From an uncultured Treponemataceae bacterium (GTDB lineage Bacteria > Spirochaetota > Spirochaetia > Treponematales > UBA12059), in NCBI GenBank assembly GCA_964630305.1, contig CAZVTR010000001.1, forward strand, positions 62,901-126,900: DNA of 64,000 nucleotides, read 5' to 3'. Position 1 is the first letter of the stretch; the number at the start of each line of letters is the position of its first letter. The translations under genes were made by a program, and so were the position numbers. The notes under the pieces were generated by a model that had not been told where the DNA came from, did no database searches, and worked only from the letters and a program-made list of their open reading frames with translations. Positions 45,939 through 55,236 of the stretch are shown piece after piece.

Positions 45939-46973
45939 ATGACAGAAGTTCTGTCGCAGGATGAAATAGATCAGCTGCTCAATGCAATTACTTCCGGTGA
46001 TGCAAACCTCGAGACCGTACCAACCCGTACCGATAACCGAAAGATAAAAATTTATGACTTCAGGCGTCCTGATAAGTTTTCAAAAGAAACTTTGAGAACA
46101 ATTCAGATGATGCACGAAACGTTTGCCCGTCTTACAACAACAAACCTTTCTGCGGCTTTGCGTATTCTTGCAAACGTACATGTAGTCTCTACCGACCAAT
46201 TGACTTATGAAGAGTTTATCCGTTCAACGCCTCCTACAACAACATTAGCGATTGTCAGCATGGATCCGCTAAAAGGACAGATAATTCTGGAACTGGATCC
46301 TGCAGTTACTTTTACTATAATAGACAGATTATTTGGCGGTTCTGGTGAAGGTTTTAAGCTTAATCGTGAACTAACCGATATAGAACGTCAGGTCATAGAA
46401 GGTGTCATTGTAAAAATACTCGGTAATCTGCGTGAAGCATGGGCTCAAGTAATCGATCTCCGCCCGAGGCTTTCCCAGATAGAAAGCAATCCTCAGTTTG
46501 CTCTGATTGTTCCGCCGAATGAAACAGCAGTGCTCGTTACGCTTGAAACAAAAATTGGTGAAGTCGAAGGCATGATTAGTCTTTGTATACCCTATATGAC
46601 CATACAGCCAATCGTATCTAAGTTTTCGACTCAGTACTGGTATTCATCAGTTCGGCATGGAACTACAACAGAAAACCTCAACGTGTTAAAAGAAAAACTT
46701 TCCACAATTGATGTACCGGTTATCAGTGAGGTTGGCAGTATACCAATAACCGTTCGAGAGGTCATGGGATTAAAAGTTGGTGACATTATAAAACTCTCAA
46801 ACAGCAAGGTGACTGATCCGATAGTAATAAAAGTGGGTAACAAGAAAAAGTTTCTTGGAAGACCTGGATTGGTTGGTAAAAAGCTTGCTTTGCAAATAGT
46901 AAAGAGACTCGATGAGTCAGAACAAGAAACATTTGAGGAATTGGTACCTGAAGGGGAGGATACGAACTTATGA
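45939..46973 (+). CDS. fliM: flagellar motor switch protein FliM
   Basis: 344 aa. N-terminal CheY-P-binding peptide LSQDEIDQLL, a FliM middle domain, and a C-terminal SpoA-like domain. Confidence 0.95.
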   Translation: MTEVLSQDEIDQLLNAITSGDANLETVPTRTDNRKIKIYDFRRPDKFSKETLRTIQMMHETFARLTTTNLSAALRILANVHVVSTDQLTYEEFIRSTPPTTTLAIVSMDPLKGQIILELDPAVTFTIIDRLFGGSGEGFKLNRELTDIERQVIEGVIVKILGNLREAWAQVIDLRPRLSQIESNPQFALIVPPNETAVLVTLETKIGEVEGMISLCIPYMTIQPIVSKFSTQYWYSSVRHGTTTENLNVLKEKLSTIDVPVISEVGSIPITVREVMGLKVGDIIKLSNSKVTDPIVIKVGNKKKFLGRPGLVGKKLALQIVKRLDESEQETFEELVPEGEDTNL

Positions 46974-48118
46974 GTGATGGATCATTATCCCAGTCAGAAA
47001 TAGAGTCATTGTTAGCAGGATTAGATCCTGGAATCAGCAGTTCGAGTGCCGCACAATCTTCAGATACTGGAGGAGCATTAGCCAGGGATTTTACCGGTAT
47101 ACTCGAATCGGTTTTATCTGCTCAGAGTCAGAATCTTTCCATGATTACCGGCACAGATGTTTCAGTTTCTGGATTAACCGGTATGCTTGTGTCGCGGGAC
47201 AGTGCTTTAAGCCAACTGCCTGATGAAGTGCTCTATATCAAACAAAATTTTACAGGAGGACTTCCCGGCGGACACGGTTTTCTCTTTTCTAAAGATACTG
47301 CAATACGAATTGCCTCGCTCGCTAATAAAGACGAATCGCTTTCTGAAATCGATGATATGGTAATATCGATTGTAGCAGAAAGTGTTTCAAATATAACCGG
47401 TACTTTTATTTCGCTTTTTTCTGAAAAACTAAGCAAACAAGGTATTCAGTCCGAACCAGCAGAGGGAAGTTTTATTCCTAAAGCATCGGTTAAATTTCCG
47501 CAAGGAAATTTCATTCTTGTAACCTGGAATGCTTCGATAAATGGTGAAGATCATGTATTCTGGGAAGTGTATCCCGAACAGCTTGCAAGAGATGTTGCTA
47601 AGGCTTCAGGATTTACCAGTGCTCAGGATCAGCCTGCAATGCAGACTATGCAGCAGTCAACAATGGGACAAATGCAGCAGCCGATGATGGGACAGGGCAT
47701 GATGGGACAACAAATGATGGGACAAATGCAGCAGCCAATGATGCAGCAAGGTTTTCAGCCGATGTATCAGCAGCCTATGATGGGTACACAAGGTGTGCCT
47801 CCTAATGTTCAGCCTGTGCAATTTGGGCAGCTAGGCAATGTTACTCCGCCGCAGGAATATGGCAATATAGGGCTCATTATGGATGTCCATATGGAGCTTA
47901 CTGTAGAACTAGGCCGAGCAAAAATGCTCGTCAAAGAAATCCTAGGTCTCGGTGAAGGTAATATAATTGAGCTTGATAAGCTTGCCGGTGAACCTGTTGA
48001 TATTCTTGTTAACCATAAACCTATTGCTAAAGGCGAAGTAGTAGTCATTGAAGAAAGTTTTGGTGTTCGTGTGACAGAAATATTGCCTGCAATGGAACGC
48101 ATGATGGAAATTAACTAA
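46970..48118 (+). CDS. fliY: flagellar motor switch protein FliY/FliN (long form)
   Basis: 382 aa. N-terminal LSQSEIESLL peptide, a CheC-like middle region, an M/Q/P-rich linker, and a C-terminal FliN/SpoA domain (MELTVELGRAKMLVKEILGLGEGNIIELDKLAGEPVDILVNHKPIAKGEVVV). ATGA overlap with fliM. Confidence 0.88.
   Translation: MSDGSLSQSEIESLLAGLDPGISSSSAAQSSDTGGALARDFTGILESVLSAQSQNLSMITGTDVSVSGLTGMLVSRDSALSQLPDEVLYIKQNFTGGLPGGHGFLFSKDTAIRIASLANKDESLSEIDDMVISIVAESVSNITGTFISLFSEKLSKQGIQSEPAEGSFIPKASVKFPQGNFILVTWNASINGEDHVFWEVYPEQLARDVAKASGFTSAQDQPAMQTMQQSTMGQMQQPMMGQGMMGQQMMGQMQQPMMQQGFQPMYQQPMMGTQGVPPNVQPVQFGQLGNVTPPQEYGNIGLIMDVHMELTVELGRAKMLVKEILGLGEGNIIELDKLAGEPVDILVNHKPIAKGEVVVIEESFGVRVTEILPAMERMMEIN
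47663..47743 (+). repeat. in-frame 27-nt direct repeat (26/27 identical) 54 nt apart inside the fliY linker
   Basis: ATGGGACAAATGCAGCAGCCGATGATG at 47663..47689 and ATGGGACAAATGCAGCAGCCAATGATG at 47717..47743. Both encode MGQMQQPMM. Confidence 0.85.
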
Positions 48119-48146
48119 ATAGCTGTCAGATGTAGCAAGTAGCATG

Positions 48147-48186
48147 AGCTGCCTGGAAAATATTTCTGGGCAGCTTTTTTTATTTT
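48147..48186 (+). terminator. strong intrinsic terminator after fliY
   Basis: AGCTGCCTGG (48147..48156), 9-nt loop, CTGGGCAGCT (48166..48175). The stem has 8 Watson-Crick and 2 G-U pairs. It is followed by TTTTTTTATTTT. Confidence 0.8.
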
Positions 48187-48245
48187 AAGCTTTTTATATT
48201 TCGTTTTTTTGTGATAAAACAATTTTGTTAAAATAAATTTTTTTA

Positions 48246-48274
48246 TTGCACTAATTTCTTGAATAGTGTATAAT
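48246..48274 (+). promoter_or_regulatory. near-consensus sigma70 promoter with extended -10 ahead of fliO (TTGCAC-N17-TATAAT, TG at -15/-14)
   Basis: TTGCAC 48246..48251, TG 48267..48268, TATAAT 48269..48274. SD CTGGGGGA and a TTG start at 48296 follow. Confidence 0.6.
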
Positions 48275-48295
48275 TAAATCAAACTGGGGGATCAT

Positions 48296-48850
48296 TTGAA
48301 AAATAAATTTCTCGTAGCAATTATCATTGTGGTAACGTGTATTTCAATGGTGTATGCACAAACCACTGTTGATGAGACAAAATTGGTGCTTCAAGAGCCT
48401 GCTCAAAACGCTCCTGCCGCAACACAGAATACAGGTATTGTATGGTATATGATACGTATGTTTCTCGTGCTCGGGCTTGTCCTGCTTGCTTTATATGGCT
48501 TGTACATTTTTCTTAAACGAAAAGCTAAGCGTCCCATACAAGAAGATCCATTCATAAAACACCTTGGAGTTACTCAGATAGCACCAGGAAAGTCAGTGCA
48601 TGTTCTTTCACTCGGTTCAAAAGCATGGCTGTTAGGAGTGAGTGACACAGCTATCACAATGCTTGCAGAGCTAGATGATAAAGAACTCATTGATGCCATG
48701 GTTGTTAAAGCGCAAGAAGCTCCTCCAGAAGTGCCACCAACAGATTTTAGGAACATTTTTTTAAAGATGTTTCCGGGGGTTCAGAAAAAACCAGAAAGTC
48801 CGAAGTTGGATGTTTTTTCGGAACAGCGCAATAGAATTAAAAAATTGTAG
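48296..48850 (+). CDS. fliO: flagellar biosynthesis protein FliO/FliZ
   Basis: 184 aa, TTG start. N-terminal signal-like segment plus one TM (IVWYMIRMFLVLGLVLLALYGLYIFL). Located directly upstream of fliP. Confidence 0.7.
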   Translation: MKNKFLVAIIIVVTCISMVYAQTTVDETKLVLQEPAQNAPAATQNTGIVWYMIRMFLVLGLVLLALYGLYIFLKRKAKRPIQEDPFIKHLGVTQIAPGKSVHVLSLGSKAWLLGVSDTAITMLAELDDKELIDAMVVKAQEAPPEVPPTDFRNIFLKMFPGVQKKPESPKLDVFSEQRNRIKKL

Positions 48851-48874
48851 CACGGAAGTAGTTGGGGAGGGGAA

Positions 48875-49720
48875 ATGAAAAAAATTGTATGCATCTTGAT
48901 TATAAGTTTATCGCTCATGCCTCTGCTTGCACAGGAATTCCCTGCAAAACCAGCAGATACTGCAACGAATGTACCTATTCCCAATGCAAATACTGCAAAT
49001 AACCGTGCCACAACAGGATTCCCTGATCCGGTTCCTGCAATTCCATTTGTAGATGTACGAGTTCGTTCTCCGCAAACAGGCAGAGAAGTAGCGTTTAGCC
49101 TTCAGCTGTTGCTGCTGTTAACAGTTATATCGCTTGCTCCAGGACTCCTCATATTGATGACAAGTTTTCTGCGTATTTCAATAGTACTTGATTTTGTTAA
49201 GCGGGCGCTGTCATTACAGCAAGTGCCGCCTAATCAAGTACTATTAGGAATTGCGTTGTTTATGACTATTTTTATTATGTGGCCGACATTTACTGATATA
49301 TATAATAATTCTATAAAGCCGCTTTCTGAGGGTAAAGCCAGTATAGAAGAAGCATATCGGCAGGCAGAAAAACCAATCAGAGTTTTCATGTATTCGCAAA
49401 TGCAGAAAAATCCAGAAAATATCAGGCTCTTCATGAGCATGAGTAATCTGCCAAAACCTCGTACGCTGGCTGATGTTCCAACGCATGTACTTATCCCTGC
49501 ATTCATTCTCAATGAGATGACAATAGCATTTAAGATAGGAATTTTAATTTACATTCCGTTTATAATTATCGATATGGTAGTTGCCGCGGTGTTAATGTCG
49601 ATGGGTATGATGATGCTTCCTCCTGTAATGATATCGACACCGTTTAAGCTTATTTTATTTGTTTTGGTTGATGGATGGTCGCTCATGACAACAGAGCTGG
49701 TGCAATCGTTTGTTAAATAG
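48875..49720 (+). CDS. fliP: flagellar export gate protein FliP
   Basis: 281 aa. Signal peptide, then LLLLTVISLAPGLLILMTSFLRISIVLDFVKRALSLQQVPPNQVLLGIALFMT. Confidence 0.96.
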   Translation: MKKIVCILIISLSLMPLLAQEFPAKPADTATNVPIPNANTANNRATTGFPDPVPAIPFVDVRVRSPQTGREVAFSLQLLLLLTVISLAPGLLILMTSFLRISIVLDFVKRALSLQQVPPNQVLLGIALFMTIFIMWPTFTDIYNNSIKPLSEGKASIEEAYRQAEKPIRVFMYSQMQKNPENIRLFMSMSNLPKPRTLADVPTHVLIPAFILNEMTIAFKIGILIYIPFIIIDMVVAAVLMSMGMMMLPPVMISTPFKLILFVLVDGWSLMTTELVQSFVK

Positions 49721-49734
49721 AGAGGAGTAGAGCT

Positions 49735-49998
49735 GTGACAATTGGTTCAATATCGGCTTTATTTGTAAATGCTATTTGGCAAATTATTATGCTTTCTGCG
49801 CCAATTCTGCTTACAGCATTGCTGGTTGGATTGCTTATCAGCATCTTGCAGGCAACTACGAGTATCCAGGAACAGACACTGACATTTGTGCCAAAATTTG
49901 CAGGAATTCTTTTGGTTTTAATGCTCTTAATTGGATGGATGTTTTCATCCCTCGGGCAATATACACAAAAACTTTTTGCGCTCATTTCGGAGATGTAA
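49735..49998 (+). CDS. fliQ: flagellar export gate protein FliQ
   Basis: 87 aa, GTG start preceded by GAGGAG. LLISILQATTSIQEQTLTFVPK. Confidence 0.93.
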   Translation: MTIGSISALFVNAIWQIIMLSAPILLTALLVGLLISILQATTSIQEQTLTFVPKFAGILLVLMLLIGWMFSSLGQYTQKLFALISEM

Positions 49999-50001
49999 TG
50001 G

Positions 50002-50784
50002 ATGTTTAACCAGATACTGGCACGGGCAGATTTGTTTTTGCTTCTCACAGTAAGAATTCTAGCAATGCTGGAAACTGCTCCGCTCATATCTGGTGATTCT
50101 GTGCCTCAATTTGCAAAAATTGGCCTTGCTTTTGGAACATCAATGGCTGTACTGCCATATGCACAATCGCTTGGTTATGCTATGCCTGCAAGTGCTGTAC
50201 TATATCTTGCCTACATTGTAGGTGAAGCAGCTATTGGAATTATATCTGGATTTTTTCTTACTGTTTTATATTCATCATTTATAACCGCAGGACAATTTTT
50301 TTCAATACAGATGGGATTTGGTATATCTGAAACGTATGACCCGTTAGCACAAATGGAAATTCCAATTGTAGGCCAGCTCCTTAACCTCATTGGCATGTTT
50401 GTGTTTATTCAGGTTCAAGGTTTTCAATACCTGTTTCTGTATGGCGTTAAAGGGAGTCTTAAGGCGCTCACCGTTAGTTCAATGCTGGAAAGACATGCAA
50501 ATTTCTCAGATTATTTTATAAAAGCGCTCGCATCGCTTTTCGCAAATGCTTTTGTGATAGCTGTTCCAATTATTGGTTCATTGTTTATGGTTTCACTAGC
50601 AATGGGTCTCATGACTAGAGCTGCACCGCAGATGAATTTGCTCATAGAGGGTTTCCCAATTTCAATATTTGTTTCATTCCTTATAATGGCATTGACAATG
50701 CCCTATCTCATTGAAGTATTTTCAAAATTAATTGATGCAGGTTTCTACCAGCTTGGTATTTTGCTAGAGGGGAAAACAGCATGA
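50002..50784 (+). CDS. fliR: flagellar export gate protein FliR
   Basis: 260 aa polytopic protein, in the canonical position between fliQ and flhB. Confidence 0.9.
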   Translation: MFNQILARADLFLLLTVRILAMLETAPLISGDSVPQFAKIGLAFGTSMAVLPYAQSLGYAMPASAVLYLAYIVGEAAIGIISGFFLTVLYSSFITAGQFFSIQMGFGISETYDPLAQMEIPIVGQLLNLIGMFVFIQVQGFQYLFLYGVKGSLKALTVSSMLERHANFSDYFIKALASLFANAFVIAVPIIGSLFMVSLAMGLMTRAAPQMNLLIEGFPISIFVSFLIMALTMPYLIEVFSKLIDAGFYQLGILLEGKTA

Positions 50785-51935
50785 GCGTTTATGAAAATTC
50801 ACAGGATTTATTTTCTCATGTGCATCTCCAATGGTTCGCCCCTGAAGATGAAGGAAGAACCGAAGAGCCAACTGAGTATAAATTGCGGAAAGCACGTGAA
50901 GAAGGGCAGGTAGCAAAAAGCCAGGACTTGACTGGAGCAATTGTTTTATTGCTCACGAGTATAACATTAGCGCTGTTTGCTCCGTCGATGCTGGCAACAA
51001 TTAGATCAATGTTTAGGTGGTTCATCTCAGAATCCATAACATTGGATATTACCGCTTCTGGTAACTATGTGTTTATGGTATTTCTGGATTATTTTGTACG
51101 ACTCGTTTTTCCTATTGCACTTGTCAGTGTTGTTGCAGCGCTGGGCGCAAATTTATTGCAGGTAGGTTTCTTATTTACAACAAAACCAATCCGGCCGGAT
51201 CTTAAACGCATTGTTCCTAATTTTGTAAAATATTTTCAGCGTACGCTGTTTTCAACAGACGGTTTATACAATATAGCAAAGTCAATAGGTAAAGTGGTTA
51301 TTTTAATTGTGCTAGTATATCTTAATGTACAGGCAGATATTCCAAGGCTATTAAAATTGCAGACAGCGAGTATATGGGTTTCTTTCCAATTTATAGCAGG
51401 TCTTGCATTACGTATTCTTCTAGAGGCAAGTGTTATTCTGCTTGTGTTAGCATTGCTCGATTATCTTGTTCAGCGCAGACAGTTTAGAAAGCAAATGCGA
51501 ATGACCAAACAGGAAATAAAAGAAGAATATAAAATGATGGAAGGGGATCCGCTTATTCGCTCCAAATTGCGTGAGCGTATGAGGGAGCTTTTAACCCGCA
51601 ATATGATTGCCAACGTGCCAAAAGCCGATGTGGTAATAACAAACCCGACTCACTATGCAGTTGCAATTGAGTGGGATAGGACTAAAATGATAGCTCCCAT
51701 GGTGGTTGCAAAAGGTGTTGACAGAATTGCGTTAGAAATTAGACGGATTGCAGAAGAGAATAAAGTACCGATAGTGGAAAACAGACCGCTTGCACGAGCA
51801 CTTTATGCAGAAACTGAAGTTGGTGATATAATACCAGAACAGCATTGGAATGCAATTGCAACAGTGCTTGCATATATAGTAAAAACCAGCGAACGTGCAC
51901 GGGAGCGTTTCCTTGGAACTGGAACGGAGCAATAA
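50781..51935 (+). CDS. flhB: flagellar export switch protein FlhB
   Basis: 384 aa. EDEGRTEEPTEYKLRKAREEGQVAKS, and the autocleavage site NPTHYAVA. Confidence 0.96.
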   Translation: MSVYENSQDLFSHVHLQWFAPEDEGRTEEPTEYKLRKAREEGQVAKSQDLTGAIVLLLTSITLALFAPSMLATIRSMFRWFISESITLDITASGNYVFMVFLDYFVRLVFPIALVSVVAALGANLLQVGFLFTTKPIRPDLKRIVPNFVKYFQRTLFSTDGLYNIAKSIGKVVILIVLVYLNVQADIPRLLKLQTASIWVSFQFIAGLALRILLEASVILLVLALLDYLVQRRQFRKQMRMTKQEIKEEYKMMEGDPLIRSKLRERMRELLTRNMIANVPKADVVITNPTHYAVAIEWDRTKMIAPMVVAKGVDRIALEIRRIAEENKVPIVENRPLARALYAETEVGDIIPEQHWNAIATVLAYIVKTSERARERFLGTGTEQ

Positions 51936-51938
51936 TGT

Positions 51939-54032
51939 ATGGCTGATGTAGCAGCACGATTGAGAAAAAATTTTATAGCAAATTTCCCTGAATATGCTGT
52001 AGCAATAGCAGTAGTGGTAGTTATTTTTATGCTCATTCTCCCGCTGCCGACTGTACTGCTTGATTTGCTCATGGCTATCAATATTACGCTTGCACTGTTG
52101 ATTCTGTTAATAACATTATACTTAAAACGTGCTATTGATTTTTCAGTATATCCAACAATTTTGCTTGTTAGCACCATTTTCGGTTTAGCTTTAAATATCT
52201 CTTCTACGCGGCTTATACTCTCTCAGGGAACAAAATTTGACGGCCGTATTGTAAAAACCTTTGCTTCCTTTGTTGTAGGAGCAGAAGGTGCAAATGGAAT
52301 TGTCGTTGGCTTTATCATGTTTATCATTTTAATTGCTGTACAGGCAATTGTGATAACTAAAGGCTCAACCCGCACATCAGAAGTCGCAGCACGGTTTGTG
52401 CTTGATGGACTTCCCGCAAAACAGATGAGCATTGATGCCGAACTCAATTCTGGTCTTATTACAGAAGAAGAAGCAAAACGAAAAAAACGCGATCTTCAGC
52501 GCGAAGTCGATTTTTATGGACAGATGGATGGTGCCAGCAAGTTTATTTCTGGTAACGTGGTAGTTGGGATTTTAATCAGTGTCATTAATCTTATTGGCGG
52601 TTTTATTGTTGGAATGGTTATTCATAGAGAACCCTTTTCAACTGCCCTAAGCACATATGCATCACTTACCATTGGTGACGGACTTGTATCCCAGTTACCG
52701 GCGCTGCTCATTTCAACATCAACGGGTATTATTATTACGCGTGCAAATGCAGAAGGCACTTTTGGCACTCAGGTATCTGCAGAATTTTCACAAAATAGCA
52801 GAATATACATTATTGCTGCCTTTGTAATGGGCGGCATGAGTCTAATTCCGGGTTTCCCATTTTATGTACTCCTGCCGCTTGCTGGGCTTCTTGGATGGCT
52901 AGGTCTGCGATTATCAAGAAAAGAGACACAAGCTCAAGCGCTGTCACAGAGTAAAGAACATGAAAAGACATCGGCAAAACCAGAAGCACAAACTGAACAA
53001 CCGGGGCTTGCACCGCTCGATCCGATTAGCCTTGAACTCGGTTATGGGCTCATTCCGCTTGTTGATAAAGAAAAAGGAGCAGAACTCTTAGAGCGCATTA
53101 CACGAATACGAAGAGAGAGCGCTCTCGATATGGGTATAGTTGTGCCTCGCATACGCATAGTTGATAATATGCGGCTCGAGCCATCTGAATATTGTTTTAA
53201 GATTAAAGGAGTAGAGGTAGGCCGCGGTACTATTAGACTTGGGCTCTACATGGCAATCAATCCTGGTTCGGTGCAAGAAGAACTCTCTGGAGAGAAAACC
53301 AAAGATCCTGCTTTTGGTCTTCCTGCACTTTGGATTACTGAGGATATGCGTGACAAAGCAGAACGGAGCGGATATACGGTTGTAGATCCTCCCAGTATTA
53401 TAGCAACCCATTTGACCGAAATCATTAAAAAACATGCTGCTGCAATTCTTGGAAGACAAGAGGTTCAGGGCATGCTTGATTCTCTCAAGAAAGATTATCC
53501 AGCGGTTATTGAGGATGTTCAAAAGCTCTTGAGTCTTGGTGAAATCCAAAAAGTATTGCAGGGATTGCTCCGTGAACAAGTATCAATACGGAATCTTGTG
53601 AGCATATTTGAGACATTAGCAGATTATGCTCCAATTACGAAAGATATAGGATTCCTCATCGAAAAAAGCAGGCAAGCTTTAGGCCGACAGATTTGTCTGC
53701 AGTATGCGGATCAAGATAAAGTGCTCCATGTTTTAACCATCGATCCTGCTCTCGAGCAAAAAATCATTGATGCTCGTGTTGATACACCTATGGGAGCAAT
53801 AGCAGCTTTAGAGCCAGGTGTCCAGCGAAAATGGATACGGGCACTAACACAAGCAGTGCAGGCTGTGCAGAAACAGGGGTATTTCCCGGTATTGCTGTGT
53901 TCTGAGGCAGCACGAGCGCTTGTAAAATCAAGTTCAGAACGCGAGATACCGGATCTTGTAGTCATGTCGGTACCTGAAATTGTATCAGATGTTCAGGTAG
54001 AATCCATTGGTGAAATACGGATAGAGGAGTAA
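51939..54032 (+). CDS. flhA: flagellar export protein FlhA
   Basis: 697 aa. TM domain with FVLDGLPAKQMSIDAELN (FHIPEP region) and a large cytoplasmic C-domain. Confidence 0.96.
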   Translation: MADVAARLRKNFIANFPEYAVAIAVVVVIFMLILPLPTVLLDLLMAINITLALLILLITLYLKRAIDFSVYPTILLVSTIFGLALNISSTRLILSQGTKFDGRIVKTFASFVVGAEGANGIVVGFIMFIILIAVQAIVITKGSTRTSEVAARFVLDGLPAKQMSIDAELNSGLITEEEAKRKKRDLQREVDFYGQMDGASKFISGNVVVGILISVINLIGGFIVGMVIHREPFSTALSTYASLTIGDGLVSQLPALLISTSTGIIITRANAEGTFGTQVSAEFSQNSRIYIIAAFVMGGMSLIPGFPFYVLLPLAGLLGWLGLRLSRKETQAQALSQSKEHEKTSAKPEAQTEQPGLAPLDPISLELGYGLIPLVDKEKGAELLERITRIRRESALDMGIVVPRIRIVDNMRLEPSEYCFKIKGVEVGRGTIRLGLYMAINPGSVQEELSGEKTKDPAFGLPALWITEDMRDKAERSGYTVVDPPSIIATHLTEIIKKHAAAILGRQEVQGMLDSLKKDYPAVIEDVQKLLSLGEIQKVLQGLLREQVSIRNLVSIFETLADYAPITKDIGFLIEKSRQALGRQICLQYADQDKVLHVLTIDPALEQKIIDARVDTPMGAIAALEPGVQRKWIRALTQAVQAVQKQGYFPVLLCSEAARALVKSSSEREIPDLVVMSVPEIVSDVQVESIGEIRIEE

Positions 54033-54034
54033 TC

Positions 54035-55207
54035 GTGCAGTACTATATTGAGCAAGGTGAGACACATCGCGAGGTTCTAGAAAAAATTCAAGCAAAATAT
54101 GGTGACGCGTATCAAATTCTTTCTCACCGTACCATACCCTATGGTGGTTTTCTGGGCTTTTTTAGGAAACAAGGTGTCGAGATTACGTACATTGTCAAAG
54201 AAGAACAACTCAAAAGCACACGACAAAATGAGATTCAGCAGGAAAAACAGCGCATTCTGGAACAGCTTAATCAAACTAAAGCGATTCAAGAAGTATTAGA
54301 AGAAATTCGCAGTTTAAAATCGGTGGTGCTCGAACAGCCTATACAGGAACAAAAGCATCCAACGCTGAAAAAAATTGAAGAGTTATTAGAACTTAATGAT
54401 TTTTCGCCGGCATTTATTGATACAATGCTTCAATGCATTAGAACAGCTTTTTCAATAGAAGATCTTAACAACTATGAAAAAGTAGAACATCAGGTAGTAG
54501 AGTGGATTGGCGACAGCATCATGCCGTATACTGCATCAAAAACCACAATAAAACCAAGAATTATAATTTTAGTTGGTCCAACTGGTGTTGGCAAAACAAC
54601 TACCATTGCAAAACTTGCGGCAATGTATAATTTAGGTCTTTTAGGACAGCAAGCTTGTAATATTCGCATGATAACAATAGATGGTGTAAGGGTTGGTGCG
54701 TTGCCACAGATTCAAAAATATGCGGATATTTTGGGTGTGCCTCTCGATTATACTACTACTACCTCACAGCTTAGAACAGCAATTGCGATGAATCATGAAA
54801 CAGATATTATTTTGATAGACACATTTGGAAAGAGTCCGCGAAATGCAGTGCATTTAGCAGAAATGAAAAAAATTCTTGAAGGTGCAGGAACAACTGCAGA
54901 GGTGTTTCTTACAATTTCAGCATCAACCAAAACTAAAGATCTTTTAGAAATATTCAGGCAGTATGAGCCTTTTAATTATCAGGCATTAATAATTACTAAA
55001 TTAGATGAGACTATGCATTACGGAAACATTCTTTCGGCATTAAACGAAATTAATAAACCAGTGGCCTGGATTACAAAAGGGCAAAAAGTTCCTAAAGACA
55101 TTGAGGTAATGCATCCTATGCAATTTTTGTTAAACCTCGAAGGTTTCACGGTCCAACGGCAAAAACTAGAAGAGAAATATGGCGTTTATACTCCTTGTGA
55201 GGAGTAA
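54035..55207 (+). CDS. flhF: flagellar SRP-type GTPase FlhF
   Basis: 390 aa, GTG start after [33 protein letters not shown]. Confidence 0.92.
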   Translation: MQYYIEQGETHREVLEKIQAKYGDAYQILSHRTIPYGGFLGFFRKQGVEITYIVKEEQLKSTRQNEIQQEKQRILEQLNQTKAIQEVLEEIRSLKSVVLEQPIQEQKHPTLKKIEELLELNDFSPAFIDTMLQCIRTAFSIEDLNNYEKVEHQVVEWIGDSIMPYTASKTTIKPRIIILVGPTGVGKTTTIAKLAAMYNLGLLGQQACNIRMITIDGVRVGALPQIQKYADILGVPLDYTTTTSQLRTAIAMNHETDIILIDTFGKSPRNAVHLAEMKKILEGAGTTAEVFLTISASTKTKDLLEIFRQYEPFNYQALIITKLDETMHYGNILSALNEINKPVAWITKGQKVPKDIEVMHPMQFLLNLEGFTVQRQKLEEKYGVYTPCEE

Positions 55208-55236
55208 AATATTTTTTTTGGAGAAAAGAGAAGTTC

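Noticed and set aside
53088-53579. 163-aa antisense ORF inside flhA
   Set aside because: It is nested opposite a highly conserved gene, has no recognisable motif or SD, and its length is within expectation for AT-rich DNA. The same reasoning applies to 9599..10069, 39717..40160, 44613..45002, 45047..45427, 49713..50087, 51803..52177, 57469..57861, 62069..62443 and 21772..22173.
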